This document shows positions 6,563 through 15,591 of a stretch of DNA of 24,331 nt, piece after piece. The notes below the pieces were generated by a model. It did not search any database, was not told the DNA's origin, and saw only the letters and a list, made by a program, of their open reading frames with translations. Source of the stretch: Candidatus Margulisiibacteriota bacterium (lineage in GTDB: Bacteria; Margulisbacteria; WOR-1; O2-12-FULL-45-9); the NCBI GenBank assembly GCA_034723395.1, contig JAYEOW010000051.1, positions 1-24,331 of the forward strand. Direction: 5' to 3'. The first letter of the stretch is position 1; every line of letters starts with the position of its first letter. A program made the translations under genes and the position numbers.

Positions 6563-6944
6563 AATCTCTTGAATGGGAAAGACTTACCTGCGCTTTCTCC
6601 GAGATTTTTCCATTAACCGCGATGTGCGGTTTTCCCAGGGAATTATTCACGATCTCGATTTCGGTCCATTTCATTCCCCTTCGCCCTTCGGGCTTCGGGG
6701 AACAGGTCCTGTGCTGTCGGCTTCCCCTTCCGAAACCAGCAATCCCCACTCCCATCGCCTTTGAATACGCCTCTTTGGCTGCAAACCTTACCGATAGCTC
6801 CGGATAACGATAAACTTTTCTCCGGCAGCAATAATCGATCTCTTTTTTGGTAAACACTTTTTTTAAAAAGTTCTCGCCATACTTCTCAATGGCCGCTTTA
6901 ATCCGTCCGATCTCAATAATATCGATCCCGACCCCTTTAGCCAT
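6531..6944 (-). CDS. acpS: Holo-[acyl-carrier-protein] synthase with a 16-aa insertion
   Basis: GVGIDIIEIGRI, RFAAKEAYSKAMG, GKP and VSLSH motifs. Confidence 0.92.
   Translation of the reverse strand: MAKGVGIDIIEIGRIKAAIEKYGENFLKKVFTKKEIDYCCRRKVYRYPELSVRFAAKEAYSKAMGVGIAGFGRGSRQHRTCSPKPEGRRGMKWTEIEIVNNSLGKPHIAVNGKISEKAQVSLSHSRDYAVATVYIEE
6674..6730 (-). repeat. 48-bp in-frame palindromic insertion in acpS with a 9-bp flanking direct repeat
   Basis: TTCCCCTTC at 6674-6682 and 6722-6730; minus-strand hairpin TTCCCC-GAA-GCCC-GAA-GGGC-GAA-GGGGAA (6674-6702). Confidence 0.7.
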
Positions 6945-7852
6945 TAGACCGGAGTAACCCAGCTCTTATACTTTGGGATCTCACCGCGAACTGCCTTAAA
7001 ATAAATGTCTTGCATTTCGGTCGTTATCGGCCCGACTTTTCCCTTTCCGATTTTTTTCTTCTCTACCTGGACGATCGGCGCTATCTGCGCGCCGGTGCCG
7101 CAAAAGAACAACTCGTCCGCTTTAAATAAAGCCGCCGGTTTAAACGATTTTTCGATCGTTTTTATCCCAAGCTCATTTTTTGCCAGCTGGATGATCGCCT
7201 TCCGGGTGATCCCGGGAAGGATATCGTCGGAAATAGGCGGAGTTATCAACTTTCCGTTCTTCACCATAAAGAGATTTTCCCCGCTCCCTTCAGCCACATT
7301 CCCTTTATGAGAAAGTGTTATCGCCTCTACAAATCCCCTTTTTAAGGCATCGGATTTTGCTAAGGAAGAATTAAAGTAGGTGCCGGTGAGCTTTGCCCCG
7401 CTCGGCATCGAATGGCTGCTGATCCTTCTATACCTGGAAATACACACTTTTATCCCGGCTGAAACATCGAGATAGTTCCCAAAAGGGGCAAGGTAGATTG
7501 CCAGGTCGTCTTCGATCCCATGCAACCCCAAACCGATCTTCTCTTCCGACTTGTAAGCTAATGGACGGATATAAACATCCTGCCTATAACCGTTCTTTCT
7601 CACCAGTTTGACGGTTATGTTCATTAATTCCTTAAGCGAAAGATCTACTTTTATCTGCAGAGCATTGCACGACTTGATCATCCGTTCGTAATGCTCTTTA
7701 AGTTTCAGGATGTATAGTTGTTTCTGATCTTCATTCCAGTAAGCGCGGACCCCTTCGAACACGCCGGTCCCATAGTTGAATCCGTGGGTCATAATCCCGA
7801 TGGTCGCTTTTTCAAACGGTACAATTCTTCCTTTAAAATACGCGTACTTCAT
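6944..7852 (-). CDS. ilvE: Branched-chain amino acid aminotransferase (class IV PLP enzyme)
   Basis: HGFNYGTGVFEGVRAY, YIRP, AKLTGTY, AEGSGENLF, ILPGITR and DELFFCGTGAQI motifs; start moved to ATG 7852, just after the argS stop. Confidence 0.9.
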   Translation of the reverse strand: MKYAYFKGRIVPFEKATIGIMTHGFNYGTGVFEGVRAYWNEDQKQLYILKLKEHYERMIKSCNALQIKVDLSLKELMNITVKLVRKNGYRQDVYIRPLAYKSEEKIGLGLHGIEDDLAIYLAPFGNYLDVSAGIKVCISRYRRISSHSMPSGAKLTGTYFNSSLAKSDALKRGFVEAITLSHKGNVAEGSGENLFMVKNGKLITPPISDDILPGITRKAIIQLAKNELGIKTIEKSFKPAALFKADELFFCGTGAQIAPIVQVEKKKIGKGKVGPITTEMQDIYFKAVRGEIPKYKSWVTPV

Positions 7853-7856
7853 TTCT

Positions 7857-9398
7857 TTACATGCTTTCCGGAGCCGAAATTCCAAGTAATTCTAACACAT
7901 TTCGCAGGGTTATTCGAGCCGCATCGACGAGGTATAAACGGGCTGGATTGCCGAGGACTCTACACTTTTCATAAAAATAATGGAAGGCAGCTGCCAGTTC
8001 TTTCCCATAGACGGTTACCCGGTGAGGGTGCCGCAGTTTTGCCGATTCTTCCACTACATCAGGCCAGCGTAAAAGTTTAACCATCAACGCCCTTTCTGCT
8101 TCATGTTTTAGATCTTTTAGGTCGGGGGACGCGGGACGGGTGTCGGGGGACGATTTTTTTAATATGCTGCAAATACGTGCATGCGCATACTGCAAATAAA
8201 AAACCGGATTATCTGACGATTTTTTCTTTGCTAATTCGAGATCAAAGTCGAGATGCGAATTGACATCGGTAGCAGCAAAGAAAAAGCGGGTAGCATCCGC
8301 TCCGATCTCCTCGACAACCTCTTTAAGCGTGATCATTTCCCCCGTCCGCTTGGACATCCTGATCGGCTCTTTCCCACGATATAGTGTAACCAATTGTCCG
8401 ATGATAATTTCAAATTCGTCTACCGGAAAACCGAGCACCTTCACTGCCGCTTTTAATCTTTTTACATAGCCGTGATGGTCGGTCCCCCAGATATCGATCA
8501 GATGATCATAGCCGCGTTCGAATTTGTCCATGTGATAAGCGATATCGGCGGCAAAATAGGTCGGGTTGCCGTCTTCGCGGATCAGGACGCGGTTCTTATC
8601 GTCGCCAAACTCTTCCGATTTAAACCAGATCGCCCCCCCCTCTTCGAAAGTAACCCGTAAGTCGTGAAGTTTTTGCACGGCCATTTTAACTTTGTTCTTA
8701 TCGTGCAGTTCATTCTCATAGAACCAGCGGTCATAATTTACCCCTAATTTATTTAAGGTCTCTTTTTGCTGGAGAAGGAGATATTCGAGGATCTCTTTTT
8801 TATTCTTCCCTTTAACATCTTTGATATACGCTCCGCCATAACCACCCTCCGGGACAGGTTGACCTTCGCGCAGCGCCATTACCGATTGGACCAGTTTCTC
8901 TACCTGGTTGCCGACATTATTTACATAAAATTCTTTCTCAGTTTTATGCCCGGTAGCCTTAAGTAATCTTCCAATAATATCCCCGATAACTGCCCATCGG
9001 CCATGCCCGATATGCAGTGGACCAGTCGGATTAGCCGAAACAAATTCGAGCAGTATTTTCTTCTCATCTCTCATATCAGATATCCCATATCGATGGTCAA
9101 GTTCATGAATATCGCTTAATAAGTTTTGAAGATAATTTAGCGAAAGTTTAAAGTTAATAAATCCTGGTCGTGCGACCTCGACGTGTGCAAATGTATTGTC
9201 TTTATCGTTCTCTCTTACTCTATTTACGATTTCTTCCGCTAATTCGAACGGTTTTTTCGATAGTTTATAGGCGGTCTGGATCGCGATATTCGAGGAGTAG
9301 TCGCCAAATATTTTCTGGCGCGGTATATCGATCCGGGGATCTATCTCAACATCGGGCAAAGCTTCCCGGAGGAAGTTTTTGATCGTGGTTTGTGCCAT
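7857..9398 (-). CDS. argS: Arginine--tRNA ligase
   Basis: FGDYSSN, EFVSANPTGPLHIGH (HIGH), YFAADIAYH, WGTDHHGY, MSKRTG and NPVFYLQYAHARICSI motifs. Confidence 0.97.
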   Translation of the reverse strand: MAQTTIKNFLREALPDVEIDPRIDIPRQKIFGDYSSNIAIQTAYKLSKKPFELAEEIVNRVRENDKDNTFAHVEVARPGFINFKLSLNYLQNLLSDIHELDHRYGISDMRDEKKILLEFVSANPTGPLHIGHGRWAVIGDIIGRLLKATGHKTEKEFYVNNVGNQVEKLVQSVMALREGQPVPEGGYGGAYIKDVKGKNKKEILEYLLLQQKETLNKLGVNYDRWFYENELHDKNKVKMAVQKLHDLRVTFEEGGAIWFKSEEFGDDKNRVLIREDGNPTYFAADIAYHMDKFERGYDHLIDIWGTDHHGYVKRLKAAVKVLGFPVDEFEIIIGQLVTLYRGKEPIRMSKRTGEMITLKEVVEEIGADATRFFFAATDVNSHLDFDLELAKKKSSDNPVFYLQYAHARICSILKKSSPDTRPASPDLKDLKHEAERALMVKLLRWPDVVEESAKLRHPHRVTVYGKELAAAFHYFYEKCRVLGNPARLYLVDAARITLRNVLELLGISAPESM

Positions 9399-9595
9399 TA
9401 GTCGGGAGGGTTCTCTTCTTCTTTTTCCTTTTCTTTCTTAGACGCTCCTTTTAACTCATCAAACTTCTCTTTCCCCTTCTCGAACGAATCGCGCAGTTTT
9501 TTCCTGGACTCCGACCCTTTTTGAGGAGCAAGAAGCAGCCCGAGCACAAGTCCGACAAAACCGCCAAAGGTAACACCCTTAAATATCTTTCCCAC
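9398..9595 (-). CDS. YtxH-domain protein
   Basis: GGFVGLVLGLLLAPQKGSESRKKL matches the YtxH pattern. Confidence 0.8.
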   Translation of the reverse strand: MGKIFKGVTFGGFVGLVLGLLLAPQKGSESRKKLRDSFEKGKEKFDELKGASKKEKEKEEENPPD

Positions 9596-9950
9596 GGGAT
9601 TCCTCCTCCTTTGCCCCGGGTCCTGAGCTCGTCGAGGGATCGGGGGGCCTATTTCGTAAAAGAACCTTTAACCCTTTTTTGACTCCGGCAGCGAAAGCAA
9701 CGATCGAATTTTCACTTATACGTTTCTTGGCCCCTTCCATCCTACCTATCAGCAGCGATACGACATCGACCATCGAAGTAACGGTATAAAGCTTATTTTT
9801 TAGCTCTTTACTAGCGTGACGAATATCAATTAGAATAACAATCCCCTGAATCAGAATAATGATCCCCTGAATAACGGCAACAGTTAAAGCGATCAAAAAA
9901 ACGATCCCGCAAAAAATCAATATAATTATAAGGATATCGTATAGTTCCAT
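9579..9950 (-). CDS. Hypothetical membrane protein (YtxG/DUF948-like)
   Basis: Long hydrophobic N-terminus, then a helical segment and AAGVKKGLKVL; lies between two YtxH genes. Confidence 0.6.
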   Translation of the reverse strand: MELYDILIIILIFCGIVFLIALTVAVIQGIIILIQGIVILIDIRHASKELKNKLYTVTSMVDVVSLLIGRMEGAKKRISENSIVAFAAGVKKGLKVLLRNRPPDPSTSSGPGAKEEESRGKDI

Positions 9951-9951
9951 T

Positions 9952-10176
9952 CTACTGTTCCTTACCCTCTTTTAGGGTTACATCCGCCTCTTCCTTTCCC
10001 TTTTTAAAAGCCTCGGAAAAACGATCGATAATCTCATCAAGGTCCATCTCTCTGAGTTTTCCCTTTACCACCTCGCGGGTCTTTTCGCCGGCATACGGGG
10101 CAAAAGCCAACCCTAAGGCAGCTCCGATCAACCCGCCCAGGACCATTCCTTCCATAAAACGCAAAGACTTACTCAT
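9952..10176 (-). CDS. YtxH-domain protein
   Basis: FMEGMVLGGLIGAALGLAFAPYAGEKTREVV. Confidence 0.82.
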   Translation of the reverse strand: MSKSLRFMEGMVLGGLIGAALGLAFAPYAGEKTREVVKGKLREMDLDEIIDRFSEAFKKGKEEADVTLKEGKEQ

Positions 10177-10182
10177 GGCTTT

Positions 10183-10211
10183 ATTTTACTCTTACCATTA
10201 TCAAATTTCAA
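10183..10211 (-). promoter_or_regulatory. sigma70-type promoter, probably leaderless, for the ytxH-argS-...-mla operon
   Basis: TTGAAA-17 bp-TAAAAT-6 nt-ATG(10176); no SD. Confidence 0.7.
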
Positions 10212-10214
10212 CGT

Positions 10215-11078
10215 TTATTTAGCTCTTGGATACGACCCTAATACCTTTAGAAACGAAGCACGCTTTTTGATCCCGCTTAAGGCACTGGCTACTTTGCCCG
10301 AAGTGCGATGCCCCTCGAAATCGGCAAAGAAATAATAGTCGCCGAGCGCTTTCTTTGAAGGTCGCGATTCAATCTTAGTCAGGTTTATGTTCCTGGACAC
10401 AAATTCTCCCAAAATATCGTGCAAGCTCCCTGGCCGATCTTTCTTGCCGGAAAAGACGATCGTTGTCTTATCCCTTCCGGTAGGTTTGTGATCTTTTTTA
10501 GCCAGCACGATAAAGCGGGTCTTATTCTCTTTCGCATTAATATTTGAGGCTAAAACCTTCATCCCATAAAGCTTGGCCGAAGATATATTGCCGATCGCCG
10601 CAAAGACGCTCCCCTTTATTTTTCCGTGCGCGATGATCTTTTCGCCAAGTGATGTGGCTACCTGCCTTACTGCGTCAGAGGTGCTGTAGGCTAGATGCAA
10701 CTTAACTTTATGAAGATTTTTTTTCATAAAATCTTTGCATTGGTCAAGTGCCTGCGGATGCGAAATGACGTCGGTCACTTCCGAGATCCCGATCCCCTTT
10801 TGCCCGATCAGGTAATGATAGATCGGGATCACAATCTCATATTTTATCTGCAGTTTAACATCCTTTGCCAGCATGTCGGTAACGATCCCGATGGTCCCTT
10901 CGATCGAATTCTCCAGCGGACAGATTGCTTCGTTGATCTTTCCCCGGTTAACCGCATAGAGCAGGTTATGAATAGTCGTGTACGGGATTAATTTAACCTT
11001 TCCGGGCAGTTTCCCCAAATAGATCTTGCTTGCTTCTTCAGAAAATGTCCCCTCCGGCCCTAAAAATCCAACTCTCAT
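10215..11078 (-). CDS. pheA: Prephenate dehydratase (PDT+ACT, no chorismate mutase domain)
   Basis: FLGPEGTFSEEA, PLENSIEG, SHPQALDQC, NKTRF, NLTKIESRP and KVLGSYP motifs; start moved to ATG 11078 behind SD GGAGG. Confidence 0.93.
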   Translation of the reverse strand: MRVGFLGPEGTFSEEASKIYLGKLPGKVKLIPYTTIHNLLYAVNRGKINEAICPLENSIEGTIGIVTDMLAKDVKLQIKYEIVIPIYHYLIGQKGIGISEVTDVISHPQALDQCKDFMKKNLHKVKLHLAYSTSDAVRQVATSLGEKIIAHGKIKGSVFAAIGNISSAKLYGMKVLASNINAKENKTRFIVLAKKDHKPTGRDKTTIVFSGKKDRPGSLHDILGEFVSRNINLTKIESRPSKKALGDYYFFADFEGHRTSGKVASALSGIKKRASFLKVLGSYPRAK

Positions 11079-11095
11079 ATTTTTTCCTCCCAAAC

Positions 11096-11551
11096 TTAAA
11101 CGCTGACGCTCTCGTATTTTACAACCTGGAGGTTGCTCTCTTTTAACATCTCCTCAGCCAACTCGTCGGGATAGCCTCCCGCATAGACCAGTTTCGTGAT
11201 CCCTGCATTGATAATCATCTTAACGCAGATCACGCATGGCTGATAATTACAGTACATTATACTGCCGTCGATAGATACTCCGTGGACCGCCGCCTGGATG
11301 ATCGCATTCTGTTCGGCGTGCAGTCCCCGGCAAAGCTCGTGTCGCTGGCCGGAAGGAACGTTCATCTGCTTGCGGATACAAGTGGCTTCGGTACAGTGGT
11401 CAAATCCCTTGGGGGCTCCATTGTAACCGGTAGAAAGAATACGGTTGTCTTTAACGATGATCGCTCCGACCTTCCGCTTAACGCAAGTGGCGCGCTCGGC
11501 TACATTTTCGGTGATCTTCATGAAATAATCGTTCCACTTTGGCCGGCTCAT
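11096..11551 (-). CDS. dCMP deaminase / ComEB-family zinc deaminase
   Basis: [27 protein letters not shown] and PCVIC motifs. Confidence 0.9.
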   Translation of the reverse strand: MSRPKWNDYFMKITENVAERATCVKRKVGAIIVKDNRILSTGYNGAPKGFDHCTEATCIRKQMNVPSGQRHELCRGLHAEQNAIIQAAVHGVSIDGSIMYCNYQPCVICVKMIINAGITKLVYAGGYPDELAEEMLKESNLQVVKYESVSV

Positions 11552-12498
11552 TTTTTCCTTTTAAAGACAGCTTTAACTGCAATAACTATCTCTTCGGTGG
11601 TCAAACCGTATTTAACCAGGAGCTCATCCGGCTGCCCCGATTCCCCGAACATATCTTTTATCCCTACCCTGACCATCGGGATCGGCTGGTTCTCGACTAA
11701 AACTTCGGCCACTGCTCCACCCAAACCGCCGACGATTGAATGCTCTTCGGCGGTAACCGCAGCGCCAGTCTCTTTGGCGCATTTCACGATCAATTCTTTA
11801 TCGATCGGTTTAATAGTATGAATATCGACCACCCGGCAGCTAACCTTTTCTTTTGCGAGTATTTTTGCCGCATCGAGCGCTTTTGCAACCATCAAGCCGC
11901 AGGCAAAGATTGTTACATCTTTTCCATCCTTGGCCACGACCCCTTTACCGATCTTGAACTTATCTTTTTCTTTATCGTAATGGACCGGGGTCTTCGGACG
12001 GCTTAATCTAATGTACATCGGTCCGTAAAACTTGGCTGCCTCGCGGATGATCGCTTCGGTCTGGACTCCATCAGCAGGAACAATCACCGTCATGTTCGGG
12101 ATCGCCCGCATGATCGCGATATCTTCGTTAGCCTGGTGAGAAGCCCCATCTTCACCCGTGGTAATACCTCCGTGGGTAACGACAATCTTGACATTGAGCC
12201 GGGTATAAGCGACTGAAACCCTAACCTGGTCCCAAGCGCGACCCGAACCAAAAACCGCAAAGGTCGAAGCAAAAACAGTTTTACCGCAAGCCGCTAATCC
12301 GGCCGCCGTACCGATCATGTCCTGTTCGGCCACTCCCATATCAAAGAAACGATCGGGGTATGCTTTGGCAAAAAGGGCTGTCTTGGTCGAAGCGGAAAGA
12401 TCGGCATCCAGAACAACTATGTTCGGGTTATCTTTCCCCAACTCAACCAATGTCTTTCCGTATACTTCGCGGGTAGCTAGTTTTTTTATCTCACTCAC
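11548..12498 (-). CDS. Transketolase, C-terminal (pyrimidine-binding) subunit
   Basis: [39 protein letters not shown] and [10 protein letters not shown] motifs; likely GTG start at 12498 overlapping the upstream TGA. Confidence 0.92.
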   Translation of the reverse strand: MSEIKKLATREVYGKTLVELGKDNPNIVVLDADLSASTKTALFAKAYPDRFFDMGVAEQDMIGTAAGLAACGKTVFASTFAVFGSGRAWDQVRVSVAYTRLNVKIVVTHGGITTGEDGASHQANEDIAIMRAIPNMTVIVPADGVQTEAIIREAAKFYGPMYIRLSRPKTPVHYDKEKDKFKIGKGVVAKDGKDVTIFACGLMVAKALDAAKILAKEKVSCRVVDIHTIKPIDKELIVKCAKETGAAVTAEEHSIVGGLGGAVAEVLVENQPIPMVRVGIKDMFGESGQPDELLVKYGLTTEEIVIAVKAVFKRKK

Positions 12499-13340
12499 AA
12501 TTCTATGTCCTTTATCTTGCATAGTTCGCTAAGCGCCTGTTTCTCTTCTTCGGGCGTCGCTGCCTTGCCGTGAAAATCGAGCGGCTTCGCTTCCATAAAA
12601 GATACCCCCTTCCCCTTGATCGTGTCGGCGATAACGACCGAAGGTTTCCCTTTTACCTTTTCGGCCTTATCCATAGCTTCGATGATCGACTTTATGTCGT
12701 GCCCGTTGCAGGAGATCACGTTAAAGCCAAACGCTTTCCATTTGTCCGCAAACGGGGCGAGGCTTTTAACCTCTTCAATTTTTCCGTCGATCTGATATTT
12801 ATTGTGGTCGACAAAGACAGTTAAATTATCCAACTTATGATAGCTGGAGGTCATTGCCGCCTCCCATATCTGACCTTCCTGGCATTCCCCATCGCCGGTG
12901 ATACAGTAAACCCGATAAGATTTTTTATCCATTTTACTGGCTAATGCCATCCCATTAGCGGCCGACAACCCCTGTCCTAGCGATCCGGTCGACATTTCGA
13001 TCCCCGGAAGCGCCAGCATATCGACATGCCCCTGCAAAGAACTTCCAATCCTTCTTAAAGTCGTCAAATACTTGACCGGAAAATATCCCGCTTCAGCCAG
13101 CGCCGCATAGACCACCGGCGCGGCGTGCCCCTTGCTCATTACAAAACGGTCCCGATCTTCCCACCCCGGATCATTTGGTTTATGCTTCATTTTGTGAAAA
13201 TAGAGCACGGCTACCAGGTCGGCCGCGGATAAGGAACCGCCTGGATGCCCTGACGCTGCCGCACAGGTCATCTGGATAATATGGATCCTCAATTTCCTGG
13301 CAACCGCTTCTAATTCTTCGATCTTATTGTTGGAAATCAT
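12495..13340 (-). CDS. Transketolase, N-terminal (ThDP-binding) subunit
   Basis: SGHPGGSLS, DRDRFVMSKGHA, STGSLGQGLS, GDGECQEGQIWEA and TIKGKGVSFME motifs. Confidence 0.93.
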   Translation of the reverse strand: MISNNKIEELEAVARKLRIHIIQMTCAAASGHPGGSLSAADLVAVLYFHKMKHKPNDPGWEDRDRFVMSKGHAAPVVYAALAEAGYFPVKYLTTLRRIGSSLQGHVDMLALPGIEMSTGSLGQGLSAANGMALASKMDKKSYRVYCITGDGECQEGQIWEAAMTSSYHKLDNLTVFVDHNKYQIDGKIEEVKSLAPFADKWKAFGFNVISCNGHDIKSIIEAMDKAEKVKGKPSVVIADTIKGKGVSFMEAKPLDFHGKAATPEEEKQALSELCKIKDIEL

Positions 13341-14209
13341 GTTGATGATTTTACCATAATTTTAACCTCGGGCTCAAGGGTGATTCCACGTTTTCTCCGT
13401 ACCCTATCTTTAATTACGGTGATCAGTTTTAACACGTCTTTAGACTTTGCCTCCCCCAGGTTAATAATAAAATTAGCATGTTTGGGGGAGACCTGCGCGT
13501 CTCCGATCCGCGTCCCTTTGCACCCGGCATCTTCGATTAGCGCCGCCGCATAAGAACCGTTCGGATTTTTAAATACGCTGCCGCAGTTTGGAATCCCCAG
13601 CGGATGCCGCTCTCTTCTTTTCCCCAGGTATTCTCTGATCTTTTTCTCGCCGATCTTTTTATTTTGCCTTCGAAGCTTCAACGTGATTTCTGCTAGAATA
13701 AGTTTTCCATTCTGTAGTTTGCTGCGGCGGTAACCAAAGCCGAGCCTCTTGCCGGAGATAATTTTCTCGTCTCCTTTATGGTCGATCACGCGAATGCTAT
13801 CTACATGTTTCCCAATCGCTTTGCCCCAGGCCCCCGCGTTCATTACCACCGCGCCGCCAACCGATCCCGGGATCCCAGCCAGGAACTCTAATCCACCAAA
13901 GCCTCTTTTTACCAGCAGCAATATAAGTTTATTCATTTTATAGCCGGCCCCAACTACTGCCTTGTTCCCTTCAATCGACAGGTAATCCATCCCGCGGGAA
14001 AAATTAATCACCAATCCGCGGAATCCGATATCCCTTACCAGAAGATTTGTCCCTTCGCCGAGGATCGTATAAGGTATTCTTTTCTCATCGGCAAACGAGA
14101 TCGCCGCTTTAATATCATCGATACTTTTGACCGTGCAGAAATAATCGGCCGGTCCGCCGATCTTGAAGGAAGTATGTTTCTTTAATTTTTCGTTCTTAAA
14201 AAATCTCAT
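13337..14209 (-). CDS. murB: UDP-N-acetylenolpyruvoylglucosamine reductase
   Basis: HTSFKIGGPA, GIPGSVGGAVVMNAGA, GSVFKNP, KHANFIIN and LEPEV motifs. Confidence 0.96.
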   Translation of the reverse strand: MRFFKNEKLKKHTSFKIGGPADYFCTVKSIDDIKAAISFADEKRIPYTILGEGTNLLVRDIGFRGLVINFSRGMDYLSIEGNKAVVGAGYKMNKLILLLVKRGFGGLEFLAGIPGSVGGAVVMNAGAWGKAIGKHVDSIRVIDHKGDEKIISGKRLGFGYRRSKLQNGKLILAEITLKLRRQNKKIGEKKIREYLGKRRERHPLGIPNCGSVFKNPNGSYAAALIEDAGCKGTRIGDAQVSPKHANFIINLGEAKSKDVLKLITVIKDRVRRKRGITLEPEVKIMVKSST

Positions 14210-15591
14210 GCCCTCATTTTTAACCTGGAGAATATCTCCTTAGCGACAGTATTAACATCCCCCGCCCCCAAAGTCATAATAATATCCCCCTCTTTGACCT
14301 TTTCCATCAGATATTCGGAGATCTTCTCCTTTTTCGGGATGTAGACCACATCTTTGTCTTTTATCCCATCCGCGATCGTCTTGCCGGAGATCCCCGGGAT
14401 CGGTTTTTCGGAAGCAGCATAAACATCGGTGATGATCGCCATGTCCGCGTCACCAAAAGATTTTACAAATTTATCTTTTAGCAAAGCAGTGCGCGAATAG
14501 CGATGGGGCTGGAAGATACAGATCACCCTTCTCCCCGGCCAACCCAATTTGGCGGCCGATAGCGTTGCCTGGATCTCGGTCGGATGATGGGCGTAATCAT
14601 CGATGATCAGGATATTATTAAATTCTCCGATAGTTTGAAATCTTCGCCGCGCGCCGGAAAATGTCCTGAGTGCATTGGTGATCGATCCAAAATCAAGCCC
14701 AAACTCGAAACCGATCGCAAAAACCGCCAAACTATTCAGTACATTCTGCCAACCGGGGACCGAAAGGTCGACTTTTCCAGCATCTTTACCAGAACGGACC
14801 AGTGAATATTTAGAATAGAAATTATTGTATTCAACATCCCTTGCCGTATATTCGACATCTCCCTCTAACCCATAGGTTATAAAACGGGTATCGATCTTCT
14901 TCATCAAGTTGCGGTTGTGGTGGTTGTTCGTATCCATCACGATAAAACCGTCGTCCGCAACCCTTTCGGCAAACTTTTTAAAGGTCTTGATCAATTCATC
15001 CATGCTGCCGAACCGCTCGATATGGTCTTCTTCGATATTGGTGATGATCTCGATCGTTGGTGAAAGATAAAGAAAAGAGCTGTCAGATTCATCCGCCTCG
15101 GCAACCGCGAATTTACCATTGCCGAGTTTTGCGTTCCCTTCTATATAATCCATATCACAACCGATAAAATAGGTAGGGTCAAAGCGGGCCGCAGCGAACA
15201 CCTTAGCGATCATAGCAGTGGTTGTTGTCTTACCGTGGGTCCCAGCAACGGCGATCTTAGTTTTGCTTTGGTCCATAATCCAAGCAAGCATCTCCGCCCG
15301 TTTATGAACCGTGATCCCCTTGGCGCGCGCTTCCTTGAGTTCAATGTTCCTTAAAGTAACCGCGGATGAATAAATAATAATGTCCGCTTCGCGCACATTG
15401 ATCGCATTGTGGCCGATGTATATCTTGACCCCAAGGTCTTTTAAGCGGATAGTGTTCGCCCCTTCTTTGACATCCGATCCACTTACTTTATATCCCATTT
15501 CGCGCAGGACCTTAGCGATCCCCGACATGCCGCATCCGCCCACCCCGACCAGGTGGACATTCCTCACTCTATCCATATCTAATTTACGCAT
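14206..15591 (-). CDS. murC: UDP-N-acetylmuramate--L-alanine ligase
   Basis: GVGGCGMSGIA, AGTHGKTTTT, EADESD, DDYAHHPTEI and FQPHRYSRT motifs. Confidence 0.97.
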   Translation of the reverse strand: MRKLDMDRVRNVHLVGVGGCGMSGIAKVLREMGYKVSGSDVKEGANTIRLKDLGVKIYIGHNAINVREADIIIYSSAVTLRNIELKEARAKGITVHKRAEMLAWIMDQSKTKIAVAGTHGKTTTTAMIAKVFAAARFDPTYFIGCDMDYIEGNAKLGNGKFAVAEADESDSSFLYLSPTIEIITNIEEDHIERFGSMDELIKTFKKFAERVADDGFIVMDTNNHHNRNLMKKIDTRFITYGLEGDVEYTARDVEYNNFYSKYSLVRSGKDAGKVDLSVPGWQNVLNSLAVFAIGFEFGLDFGSITNALRTFSGARRRFQTIGEFNNILIIDDYAHHPTEIQATLSAAKLGWPGRRVICIFQPHRYSRTALLKDKFVKSFGDADMAIITDVYAASEKPIPGISGKTIADGIKDKDVVYIPKKEKISEYLMEKVKEGDIIMTLGAGDVNTVAKEIFSRLKMRA

